Origin: an uncultured bacterium
Lineage (GTDB): Bacteria; SAR324; NAC60-12
Length of the DNA stretch: 64,000 nucleotides
NCBI GenBank assembly: GCA_965662235.1
Contig: CBFIGY010000012.1
Coordinates: 23,113-87,112, forward strand
Reading direction: 5' to 3'
The notes under the pieces are model-generated. The model had not been told where the DNA came from and made no database searches. It was given only the letters and a program-made list of their open reading frames with translations. Every line of letters starts with the position of its first letter. Positions within the stretch are counted from its first letter, which is position 1. Position numbers and translations under genes: made by a program. Shown piece by piece: positions 19,750-32,429 of the stretch.

Positions 19750-20335
19750 GAAGAAGAAGGCCGCCGAGCGGACTCCGGAACAAGACGACCAGCAGGTCGA
19801 TTCAGCAGAAGCCGACGCTGCGGTGGATGCTGAAGCGTCGGGTGCAGCTGAAGGCGCTGCTGCGGAGAACGGACCCCTCGGAGACGATGATGAGGTGCAG
19901 CGCAAATTGGATGAAGTCCAAGGGCGTTACCAGTACCTCAATGCCGAGTTTGAAAACTACAAAAAACGGATGGTCCGGGAAAATTCGGAGCGCTTGAAGT
20001 ACGCCAACGGAGACCTGATCAAGGAGCTCCTTCCGAGTTTAGACAACCTGGAGCGGGCGATTGATCACGCCAAAAAGGAAGAATCCAGCCGCGAGAGCAT
20101 GATTGAAGGGCTGGAAATGGTTTACAAGATGGCCCAGGAGTCCCTGGTCAAGTTTGGTGTCACCCGCGTTGATGCGTCAGGTCAGGTCTTTGACCCGAAC
20201 CTGCACCAAGCGGTGGGCATGGTTGACGCCGAAGAGGTTCCAGAGAACCATGTTGCTGAGCAACTCCAAGCGGGCTACACCCTCTACGACCGTGTGTTGC
20301 GTCCCTCCATGGTGAGGGTAGCAGGCAAGGCGTAA
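19742..20335 (+). CDS. grpE: Nucleotide exchange factor GrpE
   Basis: AEFENYKKR, FDPNLHQAV and GYTLYDRVLRPSMV. Confidence 0.96.
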   Translation: MTEKKKAAERTPEQDDQQVDSAEADAAVDAEASGAAEGAAAENGPLGDDDEVQRKLDEVQGRYQYLNAEFENYKKRMVRENSERLKYANGDLIKELLPSLDNLERAIDHAKKEESSRESMIEGLEMVYKMAQESLVKFGVTRVDASGQVFDPNLHQAVGMVDAEEVPENHVAEQLQAGYTLYDRVLRPSMVRVAGKA

Positions 20336-20341
20336 CCTTAA

Positions 20342-22291
<1,950 letters not shown>

Positions 22292-22297
22292 GCACAG

Positions 22298-22328
22298 CGC
22301 CTCCGGGAGACCCCCGGAGGCGTTTCTT
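22298..22328 (+). terminator. Hairpin/partial intrinsic terminator between dnaK and dnaJ
   Basis: cgcctccggg-N5-cccggaggcg followed by tttctt. Confidence 0.7.
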
Positions 22329-22349
22329 GGAAAGATTGAGGAGACCCCC

Positions 22350-23492
22350 TTGGCCAAACGCGATTATTACGAAGTTCTCGGGCTCAGCAAAGGTGCCTCG
22401 AAAGAGGAGATCAAGAAGGCGTACCGCAAGGTCGCCATGAAGTACCATCCGGATCGCAACCCGGGTGACCAGGAGGCTGAGGACAAGTTCAAGGAGGCCA
22501 CAGAAGCCTTTGAGATCCTGAGCAACGACGAAAAGCGGAGCCGCTACGATCAGTTTGGCCATGCCGGAACCGAAGGCATGGGCGGAGACTACGGAGGCTT
22601 TGGGAACTTCGGCGGGGGCGGAGGTGGCTTCAGTGACATCTTTGGAGACATCTTCGGTGAGTTCTTCGGTGGAGCCGGTGGACCTGGAGGTGGCGGTGGC
22701 CGTCGAGCAACGAGAGGCGAGCGCGGTTCTGACCTCCAGTACAACCTGGAAGTCACCTTTGAGGAAGCCGCATTCGGAGGCGCCCGCGAGATTGAGATTC
22801 CCCGAATGGAAACCTGCGACACCTGCAGTGGCCTCGGGGCGCATTCTCAGAGCGACATTGAGATCTGCTCCGACTGTGGGGGCAGTGGCCAGCAGCGCAT
22901 TCAGCAGGGCTTCTTCAGTGTGGTCACCACCTGCTCCACTTGTGGCGGACGCGGCAAGACCATCAAGAACGTCTGCAAGAGCTGCCGAGGACGAGGCCGC
23001 GTGCAGAAAACAAAGCGCCTGCGCATCAACATCCCGGCCGGTGTCAACACGGGGTCACGCATTAAGCTCACCGGAGAAGGGGAGCACGGCACCAACGGAG
23101 GAGGCAACGGTGACCTGTACGTGGTGCTCCGCGTCAAGGAGCATCCGGTCTTCGATCGTGACGGTTCCGACCTCTTCTGTGAGGTTCCCATCAGCTTCAC
23201 CCAAGCCGCTTTAGGGGCAGAGCTGGAAGTTCCGACGCTCGAAGGCAAGGCCAAGCTGAAGATTCCCGCCGGCACACAAACGCACAAGATCTTCCGCCTC
23301 CGCAACCAAGGCATGCCCGAACTCCGCGGTGGCGGACGCGGGGACCTGCTCTGTCGTGTGCAGGTGGAGACGCCAACCAACCTCTCCGCCCGTCAGCGAG
23401 AGCTGCTGGAAGAATTTGAGTCCGTCAGTGGCAGCGACCACCACCCCCTCCGGGACAAGTTCTTCAACGCCATTCGGGACCTGTTCTCATAA
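22350..23492 (+). CDS. dnaJ: Chaperone DnaJ
   Basis: HPD J-domain, G/F region and four CxxCxGxG repeats. Confidence 0.98.
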   Translation: MAKRDYYEVLGLSKGASKEEIKKAYRKVAMKYHPDRNPGDQEAEDKFKEATEAFEILSNDEKRSRYDQFGHAGTEGMGGDYGGFGNFGGGGGGFSDIFGDIFGEFFGGAGGPGGGGGRRATRGERGSDLQYNLEVTFEEAAFGGAREIEIPRMETCDTCSGLGAHSQSDIEICSDCGGSGQQRIQQGFFSVVTTCSTCGGRGKTIKNVCKSCRGRGRVQKTKRLRINIPAGVNTGSRIKLTGEGEHGTNGGGNGDLYVVLRVKEHPVFDRDGSDLFCEVPISFTQAALGAELEVPTLEGKAKLKIPAGTQTHKIFRLRNQGMPELRGGGRGDLLCRVQVETPTNLSARQRELLEEFESVSGSDHHPLRDKFFNAIRDLFS

Positions 23493-23506
23493 CCCTCCTC
23501 CCGGGC

Positions 23507-23986
23507 TCAAGGTCCGGGAACTTCCGGCGGTCGAATCAAGGCGTAGCGAAGAAAGTCCACGCCCTTGAATCGACTCCGTTCCAGCTGTTCCACCACAAAG
23601 CCATACTGCTCAAACAGCGGTTTGGAAAACGCAGAAGCGGCCACCGTCACAGGCTGGTTCGGATCGGTGTGACTCAGCAATTCCTCCAGCAAACCTCTTC
23701 CCACTCCCTGCCTCAGGTACGCGGGCGCAACAAACAGCGCTGACAGATATCCCGGAAGCTGCAGGCCTCCAAAGCCCTGAGGGGTTCCGGACTCATCAGC
23801 AGCGACAAAGGTCTGAGCGTTCTGAATCCATTCGGCAAACCCCGGATCGTCCGCAAAGCTCGCCCACGCCTGCACCTGTTCTGGAGTGTAGGCGCTAGGT
23901 CCCAGGTGCTCAATGGCGTGACGGTACACCTGACGAACGGCGTCCAAGTCAGCGGCGTTGAAGCGCCGGATGCGGAGGGCCGTCAC
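23507..23986 (-). CDS. GNAT family acetyltransferase (YafP-like)
   Basis: YTPEQVQAW, LFVAPAYLRQGVG and PLFEQYGF; GTG start overlaps the dctM stop. Confidence 0.8.
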   Translation of the reverse strand: MTALRIRRFNAADLDAVRQVYRHAIEHLGPSAYTPEQVQAWASFADDPGFAEWIQNAQTFVAADESGTPQGFGGLQLPGYLSALFVAPAYLRQGVGRGLLEELLSHTDPNQPVTVAASAFSKPLFEQYGFVVEQLERSRFKGVDFLRYALIRPPEVPGP

Positions 23987-25275
23987 CCCATTGCGTTGGG
24001 AATGACGAGGACCAGCCACGGCACAAATACCAGCAGGGCCAACCGGAACACGTCCGCAATGAGAAACGGAAACACGCCCCGGAAGATGGTGGGTGTGGAA
24101 ACGTCCGGAAGCACCGAACGGAGCACAAAGACGTTCAGGCCCACCGGTGGGGTGATGAGGCTGATTTCAGTCACCACGACGACAATCACCCCAAACCAGA
24201 TCAGGTCAAAGCCCAACTCGGCCACCAGCGGATAGAAGATCGGCACCGTCAGCAGGATCATCGACAGGCTCTCCAGCACCGCCCCCAAAACAAGGTAGAT
24301 CAGCAGAATCAGTCCGATCACTGCCAGCGGCGCCCATCCGGAGTCCTGCACCCAGTCCGAGAGGTCGCTCGGAAGACCGGCAATGTTGACAAAGTTGGAA
24401 AAGAGCAGCGCACCGATGAGGATGAAGAACATCATGGCGGTGGTGTGCGTGGACTCAACCAGCACCGAAAAGAGCATCTTGCGGTTCAGCTTTCCCCGAA
24501 ACCAGGTGAAGGCCAGGGCTCCGGAAGCACCAATGCCGGCTGCTTCTGTGGGCGTGAAGACGCCGAGGTAGATGCCGCCGATGACCAGCGCAAACAGGGA
24601 GAGGATGCCCCAGACGCCTTTGAGCAGACGGAACCGTTCGTTCATGGGCATGGGCTCTGCTCGAGGCCCGAGCTCCGGCTTGAACCAAGTCACCACCCAC
24701 ACAGCGGCCATGTAGCCCAAAATGCCCAGCACGCCAGGAAGGATGCCGGCGGCAAAGAGCTTCCCAATGTCCTGCTGCGTCATCACTCCGTAGAGGACCA
24801 GAATCACGCTGGGAGGAATGAGGATCCCGAGGGTGCCTCCGGCGGCAATCACGCCAGCAGCCAAGGAATCCGCGTAGCCGTAGCGTCGCATTGAGGGCAT
24901 GGTCACCTTGGCCATGGTGGCTGCAGTGGCCAAGGAGCTGCCGCACACGGCGCTGAAGCCACCACAGGCGACTGCGGTGGCCATCGCAAGTCCGCCCCGT
25001 CGGTGGCCGAGCCAGGCGTTTGAGGCTCCGTAGAGTTCATCTGAAAGTCCGGCGTAGGTGACCAGGTTTCCCATGAGGATGAAGAGCGGCACCACCGAAA
25101 GTCCATAGTCCATGCCGGTTTCCAGCGTCACCTGGGCGACCATGGCCAATGCGGGGTCCCAGCCAATCATCAGTCCCAGCCCGCCGAACCCGACCAGCGC
25201 CATGGAGAAGGCGATGGGGACGCCAAGGAACATGATTGTCAGCAAAATGACAATGCCAGTAAGCCAAAATTCGAT
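23983..25275 (-). CDS. dctM: TRAP transporter large permease
   Basis: VPLFILMG, GSSLAT, GGTLGILIPPS, FTPTEAA and ITPPVGLN; start inferred at ATC 25275 (ORF track gives TTG 25245). Confidence 0.92.
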   Translation of the reverse strand: MEFWLTGIVILLTIMFLGVPIAFSMALVGFGGLGLMIGWDPALAMVAQVTLETGMDYGLSVVPLFILMGNLVTYAGLSDELYGASNAWLGHRRGGLAMATAVACGGFSAVCGSSLATAATMAKVTMPSMRRYGYADSLAAGVIAAGGTLGILIPPSVILVLYGVMTQQDIGKLFAAGILPGVLGILGYMAAVWVVTWFKPELGPRAEPMPMNERFRLLKGVWGILSLFALVIGGIYLGVFTPTEAAGIGASGALAFTWFRGKLNRKMLFSVLVESTHTTAMMFFILIGALLFSNFVNIAGLPSDLSDWVQDSGWAPLAVIGLILLIYLVLGAVLESLSMILLTVPIFYPLVAELGFDLIWFGVIVVVVTEISLITPPVGLNVFVLRSVLPDVSTPTIFRGVFPFLIADVFRLALLVFVPWLVLVIPNAMG

Positions 25276-25303
25276 GGCACCTCCTTAAAAGGGCAGTAGG
25301 GGT

Positions 25304-25798
25304 TCAGGAGTGGCGGATGACACGAAGGGCCTGGGCAACAGCCAAGGCGGCACTGACGCCAATGAGCAGCGCAGAAAGGTAGCCGACCGGAGCCAGGGGA
25401 ATGAAGAGGTAGGCGGTTTCGTCGCCATATTCAGCCATCTCTGTGGCCTTGATCCAGACCCGCCAGGTCATGACAACCAGGACCCCTGCCATGATCAGAG
25501 CCGTGAGGACATTCTGAATCCGGAGGGCTCGGGGGGGCAAGCGGTTGACAAAGAGGCTCACAGAGACGTGCTCGCCGGAGCGGGTCACCAGCGGCAACCC
25601 GGCGAAGATCAGCGAGGCCATGAGGATCTCGGTGATCTCAAAGGCGCCCGGGATGGGGGCATTCAGCAGGTACCGTCCAATCACATCGAAAAAGGTGAGG
25701 GCCATCATGGACAGCAGCATCGCTGACGCAATCAGGCCCAATGCCTTTCCGAGCCAATCGGAGGCCGGAGCTTGGGGCTCCGAAGGCTCAGGACTCAT
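25304..25798 (-). CDS. dctQ: TRAP transporter small permease
   Basis: DVIGRYLLNAPIPGAFEI, four TM segments, EHVSV. Confidence 0.9.
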   Translation of the reverse strand: MSPEPSEPQAPASDWLGKALGLIASAMLLSMMALTFFDVIGRYLLNAPIPGAFEITEILMASLIFAGLPLVTRSGEHVSVSLFVNRLPPRALRIQNVLTALIMAGVLVVMTWRVWIKATEMAEYGDETAYLFIPLAPVGYLSALLIGVSAALAVAQALRVIRHS

Positions 25799-26811
25799 GG
25801 CTGATAGGCCGCTGCTTCGGCACGGAGCATTGCCAAGGCCGCCTTGCCGTCAATGCCTTTGTCGTTCAGGCGTTGCAGCACCGTCGTCTCAATGCTGGCC
25901 AGCCGAGACTTGAGCTCATTCATGAGTGCCGGGCTGGCTGTGGAGACCTGCATGCTGGCGGCTTCCATGGCCTGCTCACCAATCGTGTCGGCCTGGTCCC
26001 AGCCACGTCCGGCCAGCTGCGCAAAGGCTTCTCCAGAGACGCTGTCCACCGCGCGTTGGTCTTCCGGACTCAGGCGGTCCCACTTCCGCTTATTCATGAT
26101 CAGGAAGAAGCTGGTGTTGTACATGCCTCCGGGGACGATGGTGGCATACTTCAGAACCTTGGAAAGCTTGAAGGATCCGATCGACTCCTTGGGAAAGAAG
26201 ATGCCATCGGCAACGCCACGGGAGAGGATTTCGTACGACTCGCTCGCAGGTTTCAGCAGCGTCACGGCTCCGAGCGCCTTGCCGACGTCATTGACCACGC
26301 CTCCGCCAACACGGATCTTCATGCCGTCCAGGTCAGCAACCGACTGGATGGGCTTTTCGATGCTGTACATGTGTCCGGGCCCATGGGTGAAGACGCCCAG
26401 CACCTTGGTGCCTTCGTGCTCGTTGGCCGCGGCAAGGTACTTCTCATGCGTCCGCCAGTAGGCGACCGAGATGGCTTCAGCACTGTCTCCGAGGAACGGA
26501 ATTTCCGCAATCTGGGTGGCCACAAAGCGTCCTGGGGTGTACCCGTGGACTCCGAGGGTGACATCAGCAATGCCGTCTCGGGCAAGGTCGTAGTGACTCG
26601 GGGGCTTGCCCAAGGGCTTGGCGAGCAGGTTGATCTCCACATTCCCGTTGGTCGCTTCTGCCACCCGGTCTGCCCAGGGCTGAATCATCAACGTCGTGAT
26701 CGGATGCGTTGGGGGAAGCCAGTTGGAAAAACGGAGGGTCGTCTTGGCCTGGGCGGAAGCCGATACCGCCAGCAGTCCTGCCAAAAATCCGGCAGCAAAG
26801 AGCTTCTTCAT
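25795..26811 (-). CDS. dctP: TRAP transporter substrate-binding protein (aromatic-acid-type DctP)
   Basis: Signal peptide MKKLFAAG, WLPPTHP, GYTPGRF and DLDGMKIRVGG. Confidence 0.9.
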   Translation of the reverse strand: MKKLFAAGFLAGLLAVSASAQAKTTLRFSNWLPPTHPITTLMIQPWADRVAEATNGNVEINLLAKPLGKPPSHYDLARDGIADVTLGVHGYTPGRFVATQIAEIPFLGDSAEAISVAYWRTHEKYLAAANEHEGTKVLGVFTHGPGHMYSIEKPIQSVADLDGMKIRVGGGVVNDVGKALGAVTLLKPASESYEILSRGVADGIFFPKESIGSFKLSKVLKYATIVPGGMYNTSFFLIMNKRKWDRLSPEDQRAVDSVSGEAFAQLAGRGWDQADTIGEQAMEAASMQVSTASPALMNELKSRLASIETTVLQRLNDKGIDGKAALAMLRAEAAAYQP

Positions 26812-26871
26812 GCATTCTCTCCTGAGAGGTTCAAAAAAGAAGGGCCTCTTGGTGGGCCCGAACACGCGGAG

Positions 26872-28407
26872 TCACTCCGCAAGCGTGTGCGCCTGTTGGC
26901 GCAGTTCGTACTTCAAGACCTTGCCCATGGTGTTCCGAGGCAGCGTCTCTAGGAAAATGAAGGCCTTGGGGTGCTTGAAGCGAGCCAGGCGCTCATTCAG
27001 GAAGGCCTGCAACTCCGTCTCGGAAACAGAGGCCCCGGGCACGGGCTCCAGAAAGGCAACCGGAACCTCGCCCCACTGCGCATCAGCTCGGGCGACCACG
27101 GCTGCATCCGCCAGCGCCGCATGCTCCCGCAGAACAGCTTCTAGTTCCGCCGAGTAGATGTTCTCTCCCCCGGAAATGATGATGTCCTTCTTGCGGTCAT
27201 GAATCGTGAGGAAGCCTTCTGCATCCTGCACCCCCACGTCTCCGGTCCGGAACCAGCCGTTCACAAACGCTTCAGCGGTGGCATCGGCGTTCCCCCAGTA
27301 CTCCTGCATCACATTCGGTCCGTGCACCCACAGCTCCCCAGAGGTCCCGGGAGGAGCCTCTTGGCCTGAATCATCCACTACTTTTACCCGACAATGCAAG
27401 GCGGGTTTTCCGGTGGAACCGATTTTTCGGAACGCTTCTTCCCGGCGAAGGACGGCGGCAATGGGCGCTGTTTCAGTGGAACCATAGACCTGCCCCACAG
27501 GCAGTCCCCGCTGGTGAAAGCCCTCGATCAGGTTCACTGGCACCACAGATGAACCCGTGACCAGCATCCGCAACGAGGTCAGGTTGGTGGCAGACCACTG
27601 CGGGTGCTGTAGCAGCGCCTGCATCGTGACAGGCACCAGCAGCAGGAGGCTGGGCTGCTCCTGCTCAATGAGTGTCAGGGTCTGAGCGGGGTCAAATCGG
27701 GGCGTCAGCACCACCTCTGCTCCCGCATAAAGTGCCGGAGTGGTCTGAATGTTGAGGGGCCCCACGTGAAAAAACGGGAGCACAGCAAGGATCCGGTCCT
27801 GACGGGTCAGGTCATGAAGGTGCAGGCTGTTGAGGGCGTTCCAGAAGAGAGCTTCTTGGGTCAGCACCGCTCCTTTGGGGTGCCCGGTGGTTCCGGAGGT
27901 GTAGACGATCAGCCAGGGTGCCTCAAGGGACACATTGGGATTGGTGTCATCCGGTCCGGACGCGTTCAGGACGTCGGTGTGTGGCACCCACTCGGGCGCG
28001 GTGAACTCAAGCGCCACGCGGTGAAGTTCCGGAACGGCTTCCTGAATGACGTCGGCGTGCCCCTGAAAGTCCGCTTCTGCAATCAGAACGTGAGCGCCGG
28101 CGTTTCTGACGATGTAGGCGTGTTCCGGAGGAGCGAGCCGCCAGTTGAGAGGAACGAGCACGGCTCCGAGGCGGGCACAGGCGAAGAGCACCGCCAGGAG
28201 GTCCGGGTGGTTGTAGCCCAGGAAGGCCACACGGTCGCCGCGGCTCACCCCCAGCTCGTGCTTGAGTCCTCGGGCCCAGGCCCGGACCCGTTCGGCCAGC
28301 TGCTGATAGGTCCAGGTCTGCTCGGCTTCCAGAGAGCGGAAGAAGCGCAGCGCCGGACGGTCTGGGGTAAAGTCGGCATGCCGTTCAATCCACTGGGCGG
28401 CGTTCAC
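26872..28407 (-). CDS. Acyl/aryl-CoA ligase (AMP-binding family)
   Basis: YTSGTTGHPKG, YGSTE, WFRTGD, ISGGENIY and GKVLK; GTG overlaps the upstream stop. Confidence 0.92.
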   Translation of the reverse strand: MNAAQWIERHADFTPDRPALRFFRSLEAEQTWTYQQLAERVRAWARGLKHELGVSRGDRVAFLGYNHPDLLAVLFACARLGAVLVPLNWRLAPPEHAYIVRNAGAHVLIAEADFQGHADVIQEAVPELHRVALEFTAPEWVPHTDVLNASGPDDTNPNVSLEAPWLIVYTSGTTGHPKGAVLTQEALFWNALNSLHLHDLTRQDRILAVLPFFHVGPLNIQTTPALYAGAEVVLTPRFDPAQTLTLIEQEQPSLLLLVPVTMQALLQHPQWSATNLTSLRMLVTGSSVVPVNLIEGFHQRGLPVGQVYGSTETAPIAAVLRREEAFRKIGSTGKPALHCRVKVVDDSGQEAPPGTSGELWVHGPNVMQEYWGNADATAEAFVNGWFRTGDVGVQDAEGFLTIHDRKKDIIISGGENIYSAELEAVLREHAALADAAVVARADAQWGEVPVAFLEPVPGASVSETELQAFLNERLARFKHPKAFIFLETLPRNTMGKVLKYELRQQAHTLAE

Positions 28408-29156
28408 GGGAGGGCCTCCAAAAAGTGCTGCAGTTCCTGGTTGAAGCGCTGGGGCGCTTCCAGCGGAATCAGGTGCCCGACGTCCTCTAGGCACACGAAG
28501 CGGGCGTGGGGGATTTTTCCAGCCATGCGCTGCATCACTGGAGCCGGGGCGTTGGTGTCATGGGCGCCGGCGAGGAGCAGCGTCGGGACGGTGATCTGGC
28601 TCAACAGGGCTCGCTGGTCAAAACGGGTCAGCGCCAGCAGCGCCTGCGTGTAGGGCGCTTCCGGAACCTGACCCATGCTCCTGAGGGCCAGGGCCTTGCC
28701 GATAGGATCCGGCTGAGGACCCAGCATCCGCGCGAGAGCCTGAGGCGCTAGGTCCTTGAGCGTCTGACCTGCCCGGAGCGGCGCCAGTCGCTCCTCCAGA
28801 AACCTCTGCTGCCAGGTCCCTTCAGCCTTGCCAAAAGCCGGACTGGTGGCCACTAGGGTCAGGGACCGTACCCATTCCGGACGCTGAGCAACGAGTTCCA
28901 AAGCCAGCATGCCGCCCAGCGAGTGCCCCACCCAGTGGGCCGGCTCCTGCTCAAGGTCCGGATGCGCCGTGGCCAGCAACTCCGGAAGCTCGCTCAGGTG
29001 GGTGTAAGGGCGCTGGGGCGTCCCTCCGTAGCCCGGCAGGTTCCAGGCGTGGCAGGAGTAGGCGGTGGCAAAGTGCTCCAATTGCAGCTGCCAGCTTGAA
29101 GCATCGGTTCCGATGCCATGCAGAAAGATCAGCTTGGAGCGGCCTGTAGGTGTCAT
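28404..29156 (-). CDS. Alpha/beta hydrolase (PcaD/MhpC-like)
   Basis: HGIG, GHSLGG nucleophile elbow, D and GH catalytic positions. Confidence 0.88.
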   Translation of the reverse strand: MTPTGRSKLIFLHGIGTDASSWQLQLEHFATAYSCHAWNLPGYGGTPQRPYTHLSELPELLATAHPDLEQEPAHWVGHSLGGMLALELVAQRPEWVRSLTLVATSPAFGKAEGTWQQRFLEERLAPLRAGQTLKDLAPQALARMLGPQPDPIGKALALRSMGQVPEAPYTQALLALTRFDQRALLSQITVPTLLLAGAHDTNAPAPVMQRMAGKIPHARFVCLEDVGHLIPLEAPQRFNQELQHFLEALP

Positions 29157-29249
29157 CAATCCGGTTTCAGAATCGTCTCATGCGGTCGGCCGATACCGTA
29201 CCCAGATCAGAGGCGGAAGCGCAACCCCTTTTTCAAAAGAGGAACGGCG

Positions 29250-30113
29250 TCAGAGCGTCAGGGCTTCCACGGTGCAGTGGGAGGCCTCCAGAGAAATACG
29301 GTGAAAGGACGTGGGTGGCCGTCCGGGCTTGTGGCGCATCGTTGAAGAGGCGGAGTTGACGACATCCAGCGGTGACCCATCCGGGCGGGTGAAGGTCAGG
29401 TGCCAGTTTCGGTGCACGTGTCCGTGGAGGTACAACCGAATGGCCGGGCGTTCCCAGACCCATGCTCGGACGGCTTCCAGCTGGTTGAGCTCGTGACGGT
29501 CATGCACTTCCCAGCCTTCCGGAAACCAGAGGGGGTAGTGGTTCATGAGCACAAACCGGGTGCCTGCGGGTTGAGCCTGCATGAAGGCGTCGGTGGCCGC
29601 GAGGGTCGGTTCCCGGACGGTTCCGGATGCCTGCAGCCAGGAATTGGGGTGGGTGCTGTCCCAACCAATGAGCCACCAGTCCGGACCCAGCGGAACCGTC
29701 AGGATTTCCTCCGCCGTCCACCAGCGACCGAAGAACGCCTGAAAGCGGTCTGGGGTGCAGGCTTCCGGGACATAGCGGTCGTGGTTTCCGGGAATGACGT
29801 GCACGGGACGTGAGCCCTCCAGTAGCGGCGCCAGGTGCGTGCGGGCGTGTTGAAATTCGGACTCCAGCGCCAGCTGCGTGAAGTCCCCGCTGATGAGCAG
29901 GTGGTCCCAGGCTTCGGAGAGGAGCCGCTCCCGGAGGCGTTCAAACCGTTCAGGAGGGTAGTCGGCCCGGCGACGCAGGAGGAGGTTCAGGGAGCCCAGA
30001 AGCCGTTTGGACGCCCACTCGGAGTAGTGGTGCGGAAGGGCGTGGTAGTGCAGGTCGGAAACGTGTACTAACGTGAGGGGAGACGCCACGAAATTCGAAA
30101 CTTTACTTGTCAT
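29250..30113 (-). CDS. Metallophosphoesterase (CpdA/calcineurin-like)
   Basis: SDLH, GDFT, GNHD and HGHVH motifs. Confidence 0.88.
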   Translation of the reverse strand: MTSKVSNFVASPLTLVHVSDLHYHALPHHYSEWASKRLLGSLNLLLRRRADYPPERFERLRERLLSEAWDHLLISGDFTQLALESEFQHARTHLAPLLEGSRPVHVIPGNHDRYVPEACTPDRFQAFFGRWWTAEEILTVPLGPDWWLIGWDSTHPNSWLQASGTVREPTLAATDAFMQAQPAGTRFVLMNHYPLWFPEGWEVHDRHELNQLEAVRAWVWERPAIRLYLHGHVHRNWHLTFTRPDGSPLDVVNSASSTMRHKPGRPPTSFHRISLEASHCTVEALTL

Positions 30114-30265
30114 TTTAGGGGATTTCTCCTACCTTTTCGGGTTTCGGCATCCTAGATCGCCAAATCCCAAAAGTGTCTTATGCGGCCAAGTCTGGCCTGT
30201 TCCCGCCCGGTTCGCAAGTCATCTTGTGGGACCGCATCACCCTGGAACCAAAAGGAGAACCCCCC

Positions 30266-32389
30266 ATGGTCTTGACCATTGTCGCCCTATCCTTGCTAGG
30301 GCTTGGAGTTGCACTCTACTACTCCATGAAAATATCCGGAATTCCTCTGACGCAAGGCGTGGAGAACCCGGAGGAGGCAGACAAGCTGCGGAAGATTTCC
30401 TCAGCCATTGCAGACGGCGCCATGGCGTTTCTGAAGCAAGAGTACCGCTACATGGCGTACTTCATGATCGGCTTTGCCGTTCTCATCTCCTTGCTGGTGG
30501 ACGATCACCACACGCCAGACACCAACGAAGGCCTCTACACCGCCTTCGCCTTCCTCCTGGGCGCCGTGATCTCCATTGCCTCCGGTTTCGTCGGCATGAA
30601 GATCGCCACCATCGGGAACTCCCGGACCACGGTTTCAGCCAAGTCGGGCATTGGGAAAGCCTTCCAGGTGGCCCTGCAGTCTGGTGCTGTGATGGGATTT
30701 GGCTTGGTTGGTCTGGCTGTTTTGGGATTGGCTGTGATCTATGTGGCGCTGGACTCGATGCTGGGCTTCCCGCAGGACCAGACGCACATCCTCATGGAAG
30801 TCATGGCTGGCTTTGGCCTTGGCGGTTCCTCCATTGCGCTCTTCGGACGCGTCGGGGGGGGCATCTACACCAAGGCGGCGGACGTTGGCGCTGACCTGGT
30901 GGGCAAAGTGGAAAAGGGCATCCCGGAAGACGATCCGCGCAACCCGGCGGTGATTGCCGACAACGTGGGAGACAACGTTGGTGACGTGGCCGGAATGGGC
31001 GCGGACCTGTTCGGTTCATGTGCCGAGAGCACCTGTGCCGCTCTGGTGATTGGCGCAGTCGCATTTGCTGCCGACCTCGGAGCCCTGCTCTACCCGATCA
31101 TGATCACTGCAGTGACCATTCCGCTGAGCCTGCTGGTGCTGCTCATGTTTGGAAAGGCGGAAACCGAGGCACAGGTGGCTCCGGTGCTGAAGAAGCTCCT
31201 CGTCGTCTCGACGGTGGTGAACACTGCTGTCATGCTGCTCCTGACCCTGGGCCTGCTCCCAGATGAGTTCATCATTGACGGTGTGGACTACAGCAACCTG
31301 GGCATCTTCTTCTGCTATGCCATTGGTGCCTTCGCCGGTCTGGCCGTGGGCCTGCTGACCGAGTACTACACCTCCCACGACTTCAAACCGGTCCGGGAAG
31401 TGGCCAAGGCGTCGGAAACCGGTGCCGCCACGAACATCATCTTCGGCCTGGCTCTGGGCTACGAGAGCTCCGCGGGCTCCATCCTTGCCATCGCCGTGAG
31501 CATCTTCGCCTCCTTCTCCCTTGGCGGCATGTACGGGGTCGCGATTGCTGCCATTGGCATGCTGAGCACCCTTGTGATTGGCCTCGCCATTGACGCCTAT
31601 GGTCCGGTTGCGGACAACGCTGGCGGCATTGCGGAAATGACAGGCATGGGCGAAAGCATCCGGGACCGCACCGACGTCCTAGACGCCGCAGGCAACACGA
31701 CTGCTGCCATCGGTAAGGGCTTTGCCATTGGTTCGGCCATCCTGACTTCACTGGCGCTGTTTGCGGCGTTCATCACCCGGGCCAACTCCCTGCAAGGGGG
31801 TGGACTGGAAACCCTCAACCTGCTGGACCCGCTGGTCCTGACGGGAACCTTCGTGGGCGCGATGCTGCCGTTCATCTTTACGGCCATGACCATGAAGTCG
31901 GTTGGAAAAGCGGCCTTTGACATGATCGAAGAGGTCCGCCGACAGTTCCGGACGATTCCGGGCATCATGGAAGGCACCGGCACCCCAGACTACGCTCAGT
32001 GTGTGGCGATTTCGACCAAGGCCGCAGTGCGCGAGATGATTCCGCCAGGAGTGCTCATCATGGGAACTCCGCTGGTGGTGGGCTTCCTTTTTGGGGTGGA
32101 AGCCGTCGCGGGTGTGCTGGTGGGCTCCTTGGTTTCGGGAGGCGTGCTGGCCATTTCTTCAGCCAACTCCGGAGGCGCTTGGGACAACGCCAAGAAGTAC
32201 GTTGAGAAGGGCAACCTGGGTGGCAAGGGCACCGATACCCACAAGGCTGCTGTGGTGGGAGACACCGTGGGGGATCCGCTCAAGGACACCTCTGGTCCGT
32301 CTCTGAACATCCTGATCAAGCTCTCGGCCATCCTGAGCCTGGTCTTTGTCCCCTTCTTTGTGGAGTACGGTGGCCTGCTGATCGGCTAA
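30266..32389 (+). CDS. hppA: Membrane-integral K+-dependent pyrophosphatase (predicted H+-pumping)
   Basis: [36 protein letters not shown] and [13 protein letters not shown] after SD aaggag. Confidence 0.95.
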   Translation: MVLTIVALSLLGLGVALYYSMKISGIPLTQGVENPEEADKLRKISSAIADGAMAFLKQEYRYMAYFMIGFAVLISLLVDDHHTPDTNEGLYTAFAFLLGAVISIASGFVGMKIATIGNSRTTVSAKSGIGKAFQVALQSGAVMGFGLVGLAVLGLAVIYVALDSMLGFPQDQTHILMEVMAGFGLGGSSIALFGRVGGGIYTKAADVGADLVGKVEKGIPEDDPRNPAVIADNVGDNVGDVAGMGADLFGSCAESTCAALVIGAVAFAADLGALLYPIMITAVTIPLSLLVLLMFGKAETEAQVAPVLKKLLVVSTVVNTAVMLLLTLGLLPDEFIIDGVDYSNLGIFFCYAIGAFAGLAVGLLTEYYTSHDFKPVREVAKASETGAATNIIFGLALGYESSAGSILAIAVSIFASFSLGGMYGVAIAAIGMLSTLVIGLAIDAYGPVADNAGGIAEMTGMGESIRDRTDVLDAAGNTTAAIGKGFAIGSAILTSLALFAAFITRANSLQGGGLETLNLLDPLVLTGTFVGAMLPFIFTAMTMKSVGKAAFDMIEEVRRQFRTIPGIMEGTGTPDYAQCVAISTKAAVREMIPPGVLIMGTPLVVGFLFGVEAVAGVLVGSLVSGGVLAISSANSGGAWDNAKKYVEKGNLGGKGTDTHKAAVVGDTVGDPLKDTSGPSLNILIKLSAILSLVFVPFFVEYGGLLIG

Positions 32390-32429
32390 TCCGGATCCTC
32401 CTGAGCATCGAGGTCACCCCCGGGTGACC

